This document shows positions 1 through 8,262 of a stretch of 32,000 nt of DNA, piece by piece. The stretch comes from an uncultured Desulfobulbus sp. Lineage in GTDB: Bacteria; Desulfobacterota; Desulfobulbia; Desulfobulbales; Desulfobulbaceae. The DNA lies in assembly GCA_963666685.2 (NCBI GenBank), contig CAXXHZ010000003.1:1245921-1277920 (forward strand). Reading direction: 5' to 3'. Positions within the stretch are counted from its first letter, which is position 1; every line of letters begins with the position of its first letter. A model generated the notes under the pieces. The model was not told the origin of the DNA, ran no database searches, and saw nothing but the letters and a program-made list of their open reading frames with translations. Position numbers and translations under genes: made by a program.

Positions 1-26
1 AGATTGAATTGTTGACGATTTGTTCT

Positions 27-827
27 TCATGAAAAAGGATGAAAAGATCCCATAATTTCAAAGCGCAAACGACCGTCCCGTAGAAAAGTCATGACACTTT
101 GATTAATCAGGTCCTTATTCAGCAAGTCGTTTACTCTGTATTCACCTGCTATGGCAACCAGTTCCGGGTTGCACTGTAAACTGAAGATCCGGGCGGTACT
201 ATCACCATTGATGCCGGCCATGGCCCGTCCACGCAATGCACCGTAAACATGGATGTTGCCTGCAGCAAAGACCTCCGCCCCAGCATTGACCGAAGAAAGA
301 ACAACCAGATCCCCGTGTGGGGCAAACACCTGTTGCCCGGAGCGGACAGGATGCGTTATGATTTTGGTCGGAACAGAGCCGGAAGCCTGATCTGGAACGG
401 TGGGGCCGGATGCTGCGGGCTGATTTTTTTCTTCCGCCGATTCCGGGAGGGAAGCTTGGTCTTCCATACAGGTTTCGACCGTTTTCTCCGTCTTGACGGC
501 CGGCAGCAAACCCAGTCCGGCCTGGAGCGCCTGTTCGATCCGGCCTGTTGTAACCCCGCGAACACCCACCGGAACCAAACCTAATCCACGCAGCGTGTCA
601 ACAAGAACCATGAAATCCAGAGCCACCTGATTTTCCTCATCCACGGCACACAGGTCTATTAATATCGGAGCATTATTAAAGAAGGATCGTGCTTGTCCGA
701 TCTTTTTTTCCAGTTGTGAATAAAGTTGGTCTGTATCGGTTTTTTTGATATGCAGCACTATTACAGTAAGAACGCTGCCCTTCAACTCAAAGGATTGCTC
801 TTCAGTGGATGTATTATTTGATTTCAT
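27..827 (-). CDS. minC: septum site-determining protein MinC
   Basis: 266-aa ORF. The C-terminal signature [44 protein letters not shown]...ELVAIAGEY is typical of the MinC beta-helix domain. Its TGA overlaps an ATG (tcat at 27-30) that opens the next minus-strand ORF, which runs off the window. minD is expected there by synteny, but only 10 codons are visible. Confidence 0.85.
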   Translation of the reverse strand: MKSNNTSTEEQSFELKGSVLTVIVLHIKKTDTDQLYSQLEKKIGQARSFFNNAPILIDLCAVDEENQVALDFMVLVDTLRGLGLVPVGVRGVTTGRIEQALQAGLGLLPAVKTEKTVETCMEDQASLPESAEEKNQPAASGPTVPDQASGSVPTKIITHPVRSGQQVFAPHGDLVVLSSVNAGAEVFAAGNIHVYGALRGRAMAGINGDSTARIFSLQCNPELVAIAGEYRVNDLLNKDLINQSVMTFLRDGRLRFEIMGSFHPFS

Positions 828-924
828 GGGATTGTTCCGGCTCGAAAATAATTCAAAAACCGAATTTATACCTATTCACTCAACGAATCTCAAGAACTAA
901 CTTTTCAATGAAAAGAATACCTGC

Positions 925-956
925 CTTCAGTTCGGGAGGACTTCAGTTCGGGAGGA
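925..956. repeat. perfect tandem duplication, 2 x 16 bp (cttcagttcgggagga)
   Basis: Read directly: 925-940 equals 941-956. Each copy carries an SD-like GGGAGGA. The repeat ends 11 nt before the kup-remnant ATG at 968. Confidence 0.9.
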
Positions 957-967
957 CACCCTGCAAT

Positions 968-1444
968 ATGACCAACGCACTTGAAGTTCCGCATGCAGCA
1001 ACCGCCCAATCCCACGAAGAATCCTCTCTCCAAAAAACACGGGACTCCACTCTGGCACCCTTGACCCTTGCCGCTTTGGGGGTTGTTTACGGCGATATCG
1101 GAACCAGCCCGCTCTACGCTCTACGAGAATGTTTTCACGGCGACTACGGCATTGCCGTGACCAATCAAAATCTGGGTGACGGCATTTTTCGCATCATTGC
1201 GCATTACGATTTCATGGAAGAGCCGAATTTCACCTTATCCCGCGACAAGGGTATCGAACTGGAAATGAAGGATGCGAGCTTTTTTCTTGGTCGTGAAAAT
1301 CTGGGGATTCATGAGGAATCGAAAATGAGTCGGTGGCGATCAAACCTGTTTCTCTTTTTATCTAAAAATTCAATGGATGTAAGTTCTTACTTCGGCATCC
1401 CTTTAAACCAGGTTATTGAGGGCGGCATTCAACTTGATGTTTAG
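968..1444 (+). pseudogene. kup: Kup/HAK/KT potassium transporter remnant with a large in-frame internal deletion
   Basis: 159 codons from ATG 968. The N-terminal ~69 aa carry the Kup N-terminal signature [25 protein letters not shown]. They join directly, near nt 1175, to a Kup C-terminal cytoplasmic signature (YDFMEEPN...[11 protein letters not shown]...[16 protein letters not shown]...[16 protein letters not shown]). Full-length Kup is several hundred aa longer and the whole membrane core is missing. Confidence 0.7.
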
Positions 1445-1532
1445 CGCTCCCCGGTCGGACCGAGACTGCATCTCAATAGATCTGCCTGTTTTTTCAAAAA
1501 AAGGCCCGGAAGTGTTCCGCCTGCAAAATAGG

Positions 1533-1859
1533 TTACGGTCCTTGAAGCAGCTTGAAATATTCCTCGATCATGTGCATCGATTCCATTGAGGCCTGAAAAA
1601 GCAGCCAACTGAGAGCAAGGATTCCTGTAGTAAGCCCGATTTTCCAGGCCAATGAGGTGTGGGGACGCCACCAAATCAGCGGCAGAGCCAGGGGCCCCAC
1701 TGAAAAAAATGCGAAGAGGATCAGCGATTTCCGGAAATACCAAGGCGTCTTTTCTTCTTCCAGATACAAAGGGGAAGCGCCCGAAGGCGCTCCGCAATGA
1801 ATACACCGAGGAACATTTTCCTGAATATTTTCAGCACAGAAAGGGCACTTTTTCATCAT
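1533..1859 (-). CDS. zinc-ribbon membrane protein (function unknown)
   Basis: 108-aa ORF. N-terminal CPFC-x11-CIHC zinc ribbon followed by two hydrophobic helices (LILFAFFSVGPLALPLIWW, IGLTTGILALSWLLF). Confidence 0.6.
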   Translation of the reverse strand: MMKKCPFCAENIQENVPRCIHCGAPSGASPLYLEEEKTPWYFRKSLILFAFFSVGPLALPLIWWRPHTSLAWKIGLTTGILALSWLLFQASMESMHMIEEYFKLLQGP

Positions 1860-2086
1860 AACCTCAGAGAAAAAATGAAGAATGCAAGGAGCCGGGTATT
1901 AAAGAATGCATTCCTGAAACCCGGCTCTCTATCAATCCGCAGGCTGGTGGTCACAGAATTCCCAAAGAAGCACGAACCATTTTTCCTTCTCCGCACCTAC
2001 AAAAACGCGGAAGACCGTCACGGAACTCCGTCGACACGCACACTTGGTGCAGAGTTGATGGAACCGGATACCTTAAGGAGAGCATC

Positions 2087-2980
2087 ATGAAATACTGTGA
2101 AAAATTCCGAGTCAAACCAGGGAGCACCGTTGAACTGAACCAAATCGATGCCGGGTTCAAGGACGCACATGAGAACCAAACATCGGCACTTGGAGAACTG
2201 GAGAATTATACGCAACGGCTTCGCGAACTGCAATATCTCTTATATGCCGAGGATAAGCGCTCGCTTCTCATCATCCTGCAGGCCATGGATGCCGGCGGCA
2301 AGGATGGCTCCATCAATCACTTTCTCGGCAACATGAATCCTCAGGGAGCACGGGTCTACGGATTCAAAACACCTTCCGCCGAGGAGGCGGACCACGATTT
2401 CCTCTGGCGCATTCATCAGGCCGCACCTCGACGGGGACGGGTCGCTATCTTTAACCGCTCCCACTACGAGGATGTGCTGGTCACCCGCGTCCATAATCTT
2501 GTTCCGAAGAAGGTCTGGTCGAAACGGTATGACCGTATCAACGATTTCGAAAAGAACCTGGTTGAAAACAACACCCATATCCTCAAATTTTACCTGCATA
2601 TCAGCAAAGATGAGCAGCTTCACCGCTTCAAACAACGGCTCGAGGACCCCGCACGTCACTGGAAAATCAGTGAGTCCGACTACCGGGAACGCGAGTACTG
2701 GGACAAATACACCCAGGCCTTTGAGGAGGCCCTGAGCAAGTGCAGCACAAAGCATGCGCCCTGGTACATTATTCCGGCCAACCACAAATGGTTCCGCAAT
2801 CTGGCAATCTCACAAATTGTTGTTGATACGCTTGAATCGTTGAAGATGGAATTTCCGCCGCCAACGGTCGACATCAAGGAGATCGAAGAGCGGTATCACA
2901 AGGCAGCAGAAGAACAGGCTGCGACAAAAGAAGAGAAAACGGAGAAGAAGGGGCACAAAAAAAGCAAAAAACAGGGGTGA
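2087..2980 (+). CDS. ppk2: polyphosphate kinase 2 (PPK2) family polyphosphate:nucleotide phosphotransferase
   Basis: 297-aa ORF with the PPK2 P-loop-like motif LQAMDAGGKDG, plus FLWRIH and FNRSHYEDVL motifs. SD-like aaggagag lies upstream of the ATG. The C-terminus is a K/E-rich tail. Confidence 0.85.
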   Translation: MKYCEKFRVKPGSTVELNQIDAGFKDAHENQTSALGELENYTQRLRELQYLLYAEDKRSLLIILQAMDAGGKDGSINHFLGNMNPQGARVYGFKTPSAEEADHDFLWRIHQAAPRRGRVAIFNRSHYEDVLVTRVHNLVPKKVWSKRYDRINDFEKNLVENNTHILKFYLHISKDEQLHRFKQRLEDPARHWKISESDYREREYWDKYTQAFEEALSKCSTKHAPWYIIPANHKWFRNLAISQIVVDTLESLKMEFPPPTVDIKEIEERYHKAAEEQAATKEEKTEKKGHKKSKKQG

Positions 2981-3140
2981 GTCGAACGTCCCCCCGAGTT
3001 TCTTGGGGTTTGGCCATAAAAAACTTGAATAAATTTACGCTCGGATTTTAGTCGGATTGGGTTGAGACGAACAGCGTAAAACCGTTGGCTGAGCAGCACT
3101 CCATCAAAGATTTTGCAATTAAGCCGCAGCCCACAGGCCT

Positions 3141-4508
3141 TTAGAGGGAAATATTGTATTTTTTCAGTTTGTTATTGAGTGTTGTCCTGGTGATATTGAG
3201 CAGTTTGGCCGCCTCGCTCTTGTTGCCTTCGGTTTGTTCCAGGGTTTCCTTGATGGCTCGGCTCTCAATCTCTTCAAGCGATTTGCCCCCCAGACCACCG
3301 GAACTCGTACTGTCCGAAGCAGGGACCTGCGGGGCCGTCAGCGTCAGCGGCAGGTCCTTTTCTGAGATATAGGGGCTCATGGTCAAGATCACTGCCCGCT
3401 CGATCACGTTCTCCAGTTCCCGAACATTGCCCGGCCATGAACCGTGGCTCAACAGTTCCATGGCGGCAGGGGTGATTCCTTTGAGGTCCTTGCGGTTTTT
3501 TTGCACATATTTCTGCAGGAAATGCTGCGCCAGCAGCGGGATATCCTCGGGCCGCCTGCGTAAGGGCGGAATATGGATGTTCATGACATTGAGGCGGTAA
3601 AAAAGATCTTCGCGGAACCTTCCGTTCTGCACCTCCTCCTCAAGATTTCTGTTGGTGGCGGCGACGATGCGCACATCCACATGCAGGACTTCATCGCTGC
3701 CCAGGCGTTGAATCTCCCGCTCCTGGATGGTACGGAGAATTTTTGCCTGCATGGTCAGAGGGATCTCGCCGACCTCATCCAGAAAGATTGTGCCCTTGTT
3801 TGCCTGCATGAAGCGCCCGTTCCGTTGGCGGTCCGCGCCGGTAAAGGTGCCTTTTTCATGACCGAAGAGTTCCGATTCCAGCAGGGTTTCGGTGAGGGCC
3901 GCACAATTCACGGTCACCAGCGGGCCTCTTTTACGCTCGCTGGTGGTATGGATCGCCTTGGCAAACAGCTCCTTACCGGTACCGCTCTCGCCGGTGATCA
4001 GCACCGTTGCCTCGGTGGGGGCAACGATATGGGCCATGTCGAGTACTTTTTGCATGGCATTGCTTGAGCCGATGATTTCAGCAAAGCTGTTTCCCGAGGC
4101 GACCTGCTCCTTGAGCAGACGGTTTTCCAGCTTAAGCTGCAGATGTTCCATGGCCCGCTCGATGATCAGTTTCATCTCCTCGAAATTGAGCGGTTTGGTC
4201 AGGTAGTCATAGGCCCCGAGCTTCATGGCTTCCACGGCGGTATCCACCGAGGAATAAGCGGTCATGATAATAATGGGAAGGGCCGGATTGAACTCCTTAA
4301 TCCGTCGCAGGGCTTCAATGCCGTCCACATTGGCCATGCGCACATCCATGAGAATGAGATCGCAGGGCTTTTCCTTGGCCATGATAATGGCCTCGCTGCC
4401 GTCGGTGGCTGTCTCCACTTTGTGGCCCAGGCTTTTGAGCACGGTTTGGAGCATGCGCAGGTGGGCAAGGTCGTCGTCAACAATTAAAATCGTTCCTTTC
4501 ATGCTCAA
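3141..4508 (-). CDS. sigma-54-dependent response regulator (NtrC/ZraR/AtoC class)
   Basis: 455 aa. REC domain (ILIVDDD...LILMDVRM). AAA+ sigma-54 interaction domain (Walker A GESGTGKE, GAFTGA-variant GTFTGA). C-terminal Fis-type HTH (AAKLLNITRTTLNNKLKKY). ATGA overlap with the upstream kinase gene. Confidence 0.9.
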   Translation of the reverse strand: MSMKGTILIVDDDLAHLRMLQTVLKSLGHKVETATDGSEAIIMAKEKPCDLILMDVRMANVDGIEALRRIKEFNPALPIIIMTAYSSVDTAVEAMKLGAYDYLTKPLNFEEMKLIIERAMEHLQLKLENRLLKEQVASGNSFAEIIGSSNAMQKVLDMAHIVAPTEATVLITGESGTGKELFAKAIHTTSERKRGPLVTVNCAALTETLLESELFGHEKGTFTGADRQRNGRFMQANKGTIFLDEVGEIPLTMQAKILRTIQEREIQRLGSDEVLHVDVRIVAATNRNLEEEVQNGRFREDLFYRLNVMNIHIPPLRRRPEDIPLLAQHFLQKYVQKNRKDLKGITPAAMELLSHGSWPGNVRELENVIERAVILTMSPYISEKDLPLTLTAPQVPASDSTSSGGLGGKSLEEIESRAIKETLEQTEGNKSEAAKLLNITRTTLNNKLKKYNISL

Positions 4509-6349
4509 GCTTCCTTCCCGCGCTGCAACGGCAGGATGATGGTAAGGGTGGTGCCCTGGCCCGGGGAGCTGTCAACCTGAAGGCTGCCGCCGTGATCTTC
4601 GATGATTTTGTGGACAATGGCCAGCCCCAGTCCGGTTCCGTTTTTCTTGGTGGTGAAATAGGGGTTAAAAATATCGACTTGATCTGCCAAGGCAATACCT
4701 GTGCCGGTATCGCTGATCCGAATCATCAACCGCTCTTCCTCCTGGGTTGCGGCAATGAGCAATTCTCCTCCTTTTTGCATGGCCTGGAGGGCGTTGATAA
4801 AGATATTGAGCAGGACCTGGGTGATTCGGTCGGGGTCGACCATGACGGTCGGAAGATCGGGAGCGAGCTCGGTGCGCACCCGCACCCCGGCTGTTTGCGC
4901 TTCATAGGCGATGATGTGCAGAGAATGATCAATCAGCGTTCGCAGATCGGTTGGTTTGGGTTTGAGATCCGAGGGACGGGCAAATTCCAATAACTCTGAA
5001 ATGACCCGGTTTACCCGGTCCACTTCCCCGGCCATGATGGTCGCGGCCTCCCGTTTTTCGCTGCCTTCGGCAAAAAGGCTGCCGAAATAGGTGACATACC
5101 CCTTGATGGAACTGAGCGGGTTTCTGATTTCATGGGCAATGCCGGCAGCCAGGTTGCCGATGGCCGCCAGCTTTTCCCGCTGCCTGACGCTGCGTTCCAG
5201 ATTCCGCAATTCGGAAACATCCTGGAGAATGAACATACAGCCAATATATTGCCCCTCCTCGCCGAGCATATCCGTGGTGCTGACATTAACAATGGCATTC
5301 CCCCGGTCCGCAACGGCAAAGGTCAGTTCCTGTTCCACCACCGGTCGCTGGCGGCTTATATTTTTGCGCAGGTGCAACAGTGATTTCGGCAACAGTTGGT
5401 CTGCCGGTCTGCCTTCGGCCGTTTTCAAAGGAAGGGATAAAAGCGAACCGGCCGCTTCATTGATAAAGAGGATGGTGCCCTCGCCGCTGATCACCACCAT
5501 ACCGACGGGCAGGTTACGCACGATCTCCGAGGCAAAGGCGCGGATATCGCGCAATAATTTGCGACTGTTGACGTAATGCTGCGCCCAGAAAAGGGAAACC
5601 ACACCGCCAAGTGCCAAAAGAAAGATGATGCTTGCTGTGATCAGGGTGTTGCGGAGATCATCCGCAAGAGCGGTTGCATAGGGCTGAATGTTCATGCCGA
5701 TAATCAGGGCGGGCCGGTTGTCCGGGTCGAGTATTCGCTTGCTCGGCAGATTACGGATCCACTCCGGCGAGCAATCCATCTCGGAAGGCGCTGCCCTCAT
5801 TGCCATGTGATTCCCGCGGTACAGCTCTTCCGGCTGAGCGCCATGCCTGCCATGACCGCCATGTTTTCCTCTAATGGGCAGAAAACGTTTGTAAACCTCA
5901 AAAAGCCGGAGTTGCCCGGCATCTGTTCGTATCCGCCATTGCACCTTGTCGGTTGGGGTGAAGATTTTGCTGAAGGCGAAATCTTGTACCGTGGTGCCGA
6001 CCCGTTGTTTCTCGCTATCGGCAAGGACAACCCCGTTTTTATCCACCAGGGCAATGGAAGCGATATCCGAGCGAGCTGCGGTTTCCTCCAGCAAGGTCTG
6101 CAAATGCGCTTCATTGCCCAACCGTCCCATCATGCCTGTCCGGGCTCCGGCCTCAAATGATTGAATCAGGGCCGCGCCTTTCTCCTGCAGCAACTCCTCT
6201 ACAGAATTTTTCTCCCGATGGTGGTTGATGATCCCCATGAACAGTACCACGACCATAAGGACGAGGCTGATGCCGATGATCATCCATGAAGGGGCGTACA
6301 TCGTATTGCGTTTTATCCACTGCACATGCATGTCACTGTAAGCTGTCAC
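4505..6349 (-). CDS. PAS-domain sensor histidine kinase (partner of the sigma-54 regulator)
   Basis: 614 aa. Two TM helices bracket a ~200-aa periplasmic region, followed by a PAS-like segment. H-box AAGIAHEIRNPLSSI, N-box LLNIFINALQAM, G-boxes DTGTGI and GTGLGLAIV. Confidence 0.85.
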   Translation of the reverse strand: MTAYSDMHVQWIKRNTMYAPSWMIIGISLVLMVVVLFMGIINHHREKNSVEELLQEKGAALIQSFEAGARTGMMGRLGNEAHLQTLLEETAARSDIASIALVDKNGVVLADSEKQRVGTTVQDFAFSKIFTPTDKVQWRIRTDAGQLRLFEVYKRFLPIRGKHGGHGRHGAQPEELYRGNHMAMRAAPSEMDCSPEWIRNLPSKRILDPDNRPALIIGMNIQPYATALADDLRNTLITASIIFLLALGGVVSLFWAQHYVNSRKLLRDIRAFASEIVRNLPVGMVVISGEGTILFINEAAGSLLSLPLKTAEGRPADQLLPKSLLHLRKNISRQRPVVEQELTFAVADRGNAIVNVSTTDMLGEEGQYIGCMFILQDVSELRNLERSVRQREKLAAIGNLAAGIAHEIRNPLSSIKGYVTYFGSLFAEGSEKREAATIMAGEVDRVNRVISELLEFARPSDLKPKPTDLRTLIDHSLHIIAYEAQTAGVRVRTELAPDLPTVMVDPDRITQVLLNIFINALQAMQKGGELLIAATQEEERLMIRISDTGTGIALADQVDIFNPYFTTKKNGTGLGLAIVHKIIEDHGGSLQVDSSPGQGTTLTIILPLQRGKEA

Positions 6350-6430
6350 TGGGATGGTATTGAAGAAGCGGACACTTTCTTAACTTTCTTAAGAGTGGGT
6401 TAGAGCCCCCGAGGAAGTATTCTCTGACAA

Positions 6431-6541
6431 AAAAAGAAAAAGTACACTCAAGAATTCAGGGAGTCTACCGTCAAATTAGTTACCAAGCAAGGATGTCAGA
6501 CTGCCGAGTCCGCTCGTCATCTCGGTATTAACCCAACCATG
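6431..6541 (+). mobile_element. IS3-family transposase OrfA (HTH) fragment, degraded
   Basis: The frame containing 6443 translates KKKKYTQEFRESTVKLVTKQGCQTAESARHLGINPTM. This matches the conserved N-terminal HTH of IS3/IS911-type OrfA (KRxKYTxEFKxxAVxLV...ARxLGI). A TGA lies immediately upstream, there is no start codon, and the similarity stops near 6541. Confidence 0.5.
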
Positions 6542-6605
6542 CGTCTCAGGGTTTATGTGCCCCCCTTATACAGGTCAGGTCGATTTACCCCATGGGGCAC
6601 AAAAC

Positions 6606-6648
6606 AAAAACAGCCACTTAGCAAGCTGTCCGCTAAGTGGCTGTTTTT
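6606..6648. terminator. 17-bp-stem hairpin flanked by A5/T5 (bidirectional intrinsic-terminator shape)
   Basis: aaaaacagccacttagc (6606-6622) pairs perfectly with gctaagtggctgttttt (6632-6648). The stem core gccactta/taagtggc recurs at 19523-19551 and 19703-19730. Confidence 0.5.
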
Positions 6649-6653
6649 GTTAT

Positions 6654-6690
6654 TGGTGAACGCGGCGGCATTCAAACCCGCAATTACCCT
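6654..6690 (-). repeat. decayed copy of the 3' end of tRNA-Arg(CCG) (att-like direct repeat)
   Basis: ttattggtgaacgCggcggCattcAaacccgcAa aligns with ttattggtgaacgAggcggGattcGaacccgcGa at 19738-19771 with 4 mismatches. It is in the same orientation and is preceded by the same kind of hairpin. Confidence 0.6.
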
Positions 6691-6744
6691 TGCAACCAAT
6701 TGATCTATATAGAATTATTTTCACAGTGTGATACCGTTGTTATA

Positions 6745-6785
6745 CCGGGAGTTGAACCCGCGTCCCACCTTGTATAGCAAGGCTT
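6745..6785 (-). other. tRNA/tmRNA-like T-arm fragment
   Basis: The reverse complement reads GCCTTGCTATACAAGGTGGGACGCGGGTTCAACTCCCGG. GGACGCGGGTTCAACTCCCG is a T-arm (TTCAACT loop), but no matching acceptor stem or CCA follows. Confidence 0.4.
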
Positions 6786-6843
6786 TCAAGATATGCCGGG
6801 ATACATCCGGGATACCATAGAAAATAATTCAGCCCTTTTAATT

Positions 6844-6879
6844 GTGGCCTGTCCCCGATTGTTTCTGTCCCCGATTGTT
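6844..6879. repeat. repeat gtggcctgtccccgattgtt with an internal tandem copy of ctgtccccgattgtt
   Basis: 6844-6863 is identical to 7455-7474. The core ctgtccccgattgtt occurs at 6849-6863, 6865-6879 and 7460-7474. Confidence 0.85.
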
Positions 6880-6887
6880 TCCTAAGA

Positions 6888-7118
6888 TCATGGGCGATGG
6901 GCGGCGTATTCGTCTAATAGCCGCCGAATCATTTTTTGATACTGGGTGTTATGCTTTTTCGCTTCGTTCTTAAAAAATTCGACACTCGCCTTGCTCAACG
7001 CAATTGTGACTTTAACGGTTTCATCCTTCAAGGCAAGTTCTTCAGGTGAGGGAAGAAAATCAGAAACTCTCTTCACCTTGCCTATAGGCTCTTCAGTGTA
7101 TTTGATTTTCTCTTTCAT
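6888..7118 (-). CDS. brnA: BrnA-type antitoxin (CopG/RHH-like)
   Basis: 76 aa. Carries the pattern DFLPSPEEL...VKVTIALSKASVEFFKNEAKKHNTQYQKMIRRLLDEYA characteristic of BrnA. Overlaps the upstream BrnT gene by 26 nt. Confidence 0.8.
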   Translation of the reverse strand: MKEKIKYTEEPIGKVKRVSDFLPSPEELALKDETVKVTIALSKASVEFFKNEAKKHNTQYQKMIRRLLDEYAAHRP

Positions 7119-7383
7119 ATATCCTCTTTCCTTTCCGCCAGTACCCTGCCCCGATGATTCGGATTTTGCCTTTTTGATGCGTGAACCTCACGGTCATAAT
7201 TCCGCCGGAAACTCTTCCCAGGCAATAATATCGCTTTTCCTGGTCGCTGTGTTCGACATCCTCTAAAATGATACGTTTATGATCTAAGAACGCAAGTTGA
7301 GCTAAAGCAAAAGCAACTCCGTGCTTTTCTTGGTTCAGCTGATCCTTCTCCGAATCCCATTCGAAATCAGATTGCTTACCCAT
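7093..7383 (-). CDS. brnT: BrnT-type (DUF497) ribonuclease toxin
   Basis: 96 aa. FEWDSEKDQLNQEKHGVAF...RYYCLGRVSGGIMTVRFTHQKGKIRIIGAGYWRKGKRIYE matches the DUF497/BrnT layout. Confidence 0.8.
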   Translation of the reverse strand: MGKQSDFEWDSEKDQLNQEKHGVAFALAQLAFLDHKRIILEDVEHSDQEKRYYCLGRVSGGIMTVRFTHQKGKIRIIGAGYWRKGKRIYERENQIH

Positions 7384-7389
7384 TTATGA

Positions 7390-7418
7390 TAAATATGTCG
7401 CCCTAGGCAAACTGTCAA
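7390..7418 (-). promoter_or_regulatory. candidate sigma-70 promoter for brnTA, placed for a leaderless transcript
   Basis: The minus strand reads TTGACA (7418-7413), 17 nt, TATTTA (7395-7390), then 6 nt, then the brnT ATG at 7383. There is no SD between them. Confidence 0.35.
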
Positions 7419-7454
7419 TATAATTATATGTATATTTATACGGTTTATTTACTC

Positions 7455-7474
7455 GTGGCCTGTCCCCGATTGTT
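7455..7474. repeat. second copy of gtggcctgtccccgattgtt
   Basis: Exact 20-bp direct repeat of 6844-6863. The two copies bracket the brnTA cassette. Confidence 0.85.
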
Positions 7475-7566
7475 CTCCGAAATTTCCATCTAAGCCATGC
7501 GTTTTAAAAAGTTGGCACTTATCGCAGCTTACCCGGTCAATAGGCCAACAAAATAACCGAATTTAT

Positions 7567-7630
7567 GTAATAACAATGTTGACACTTTTTATAAATAGCG
7601 GTAAAGTTGTTCATGTAACAACATTGTTAC
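7567..7630 (+). promoter_or_regulatory. mazEF-like promoter with palindromic operator
   Basis: TTGACA at 7579-7584, 17 nt, TAAAGT at 7602-7607. Palindrome GTAACAA-ca-TTGTTAC at 7615-7630. A related inverted half, aacaatgtt (7572-7580), overlaps the -35. SD aagagg lies 8 nt before the ATG at 7652. Confidence 0.45.
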
Positions 7631-7651
7631 TACTAAAAAGAGGCTGGTTTT

Positions 7652-7903
7652 ATGAAAACAACAGTAAGAAAGATTGGTAACAGCTTGGGGAACACTATAC
7701 CTGCTGCCTTTGCCAGAGATATAGGTATTGAGGAAGGAAGTGAAATCAACATCTCGATTAAGGACGGCAATATCATTATTGAGCCAATCACAGGGAAAAA
7801 GCGCTTTCCGTATTCAGAAAAGGATTTGCTTAAAGGGTTGACTGCTCAGACTGCTCATGCTGATGAACTGGCTAGCATATCACCTAAAGAATGGGGTGAA
7901 TAG
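7652..7903 (+). CDS. mazE: AbrB/SpoVT-fold antitoxin (MazE/PemI family)
   Basis: 83 aa. The N-terminal VRKIGNSLGNTIPAAFARDIGIEEGSEINISIKDGNIIIEP is the swapped-hairpin AbrB/MazE motif. Confidence 0.8.
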   Translation: MKTTVRKIGNSLGNTIPAAFARDIGIEEGSEINISIKDGNIIIEPITGKKRFPYSEKDLLKGLTAQTAHADELASISPKEWGE

Positions 7904-8262
7904 TGGTTCGGTACATTCCAGAACGGAACGACATAATTTGGCTAGATTTTGAACCAACAAAAGGCCGTGAGATTGGTAAATATCGGCCCGCCCTTGTTTT
8001 ATCAAGCAAAGCCTATAACCAGCAAACCGGTTTACTGATCTGTTGTCCTATAAGCACCAGTATTAGAGGTGGAATAACTGAGGTGCCAATCAATAACCTC
8101 GATAAGCCTTCAGTGGTCGCAGCTAGCCTCATTCAAACTTTGTCCTGGCGCGATCGAGCAGCCAAGAAGATAACAACGGCTGAATCTCAGGTTATGAATG
8201 ATGTGCTTTATCGCCTTATTCCGCTTATCGGCGGTGATAAGCTACTAAACATAGCAGACTGA
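7903..8262 (+). CDS. mazF: MazF/PemK-family endoribonuclease toxin
   Basis: 119 aa with a GTG start overlapping the mazE TAG. IPERNDIIWLDFEPTKGREIGKYRPALVLS...GLLICCPISTS matches the PemK/MazF core. Confidence 0.8.
   Translation: MVRYIPERNDIIWLDFEPTKGREIGKYRPALVLSSKAYNQQTGLLICCPISTSIRGGITEVPINNLDKPSVVAASLIQTLSWRDRAAKKITTAESQVMNDVLYRLIPLIGGDKLLNIAD

Noticed and set aside
7513-7526. Sigma-54 promoter look-alikes: TGGCACttatcGCA at 7513-7526 and TGGTGCagggaTGCT at 26859-26873.
   Set aside because: The spacing between the GG and GC elements is short by 2 nt and 1 nt respectively, and the sites are not positioned ahead of plausible sigma-54 targets.
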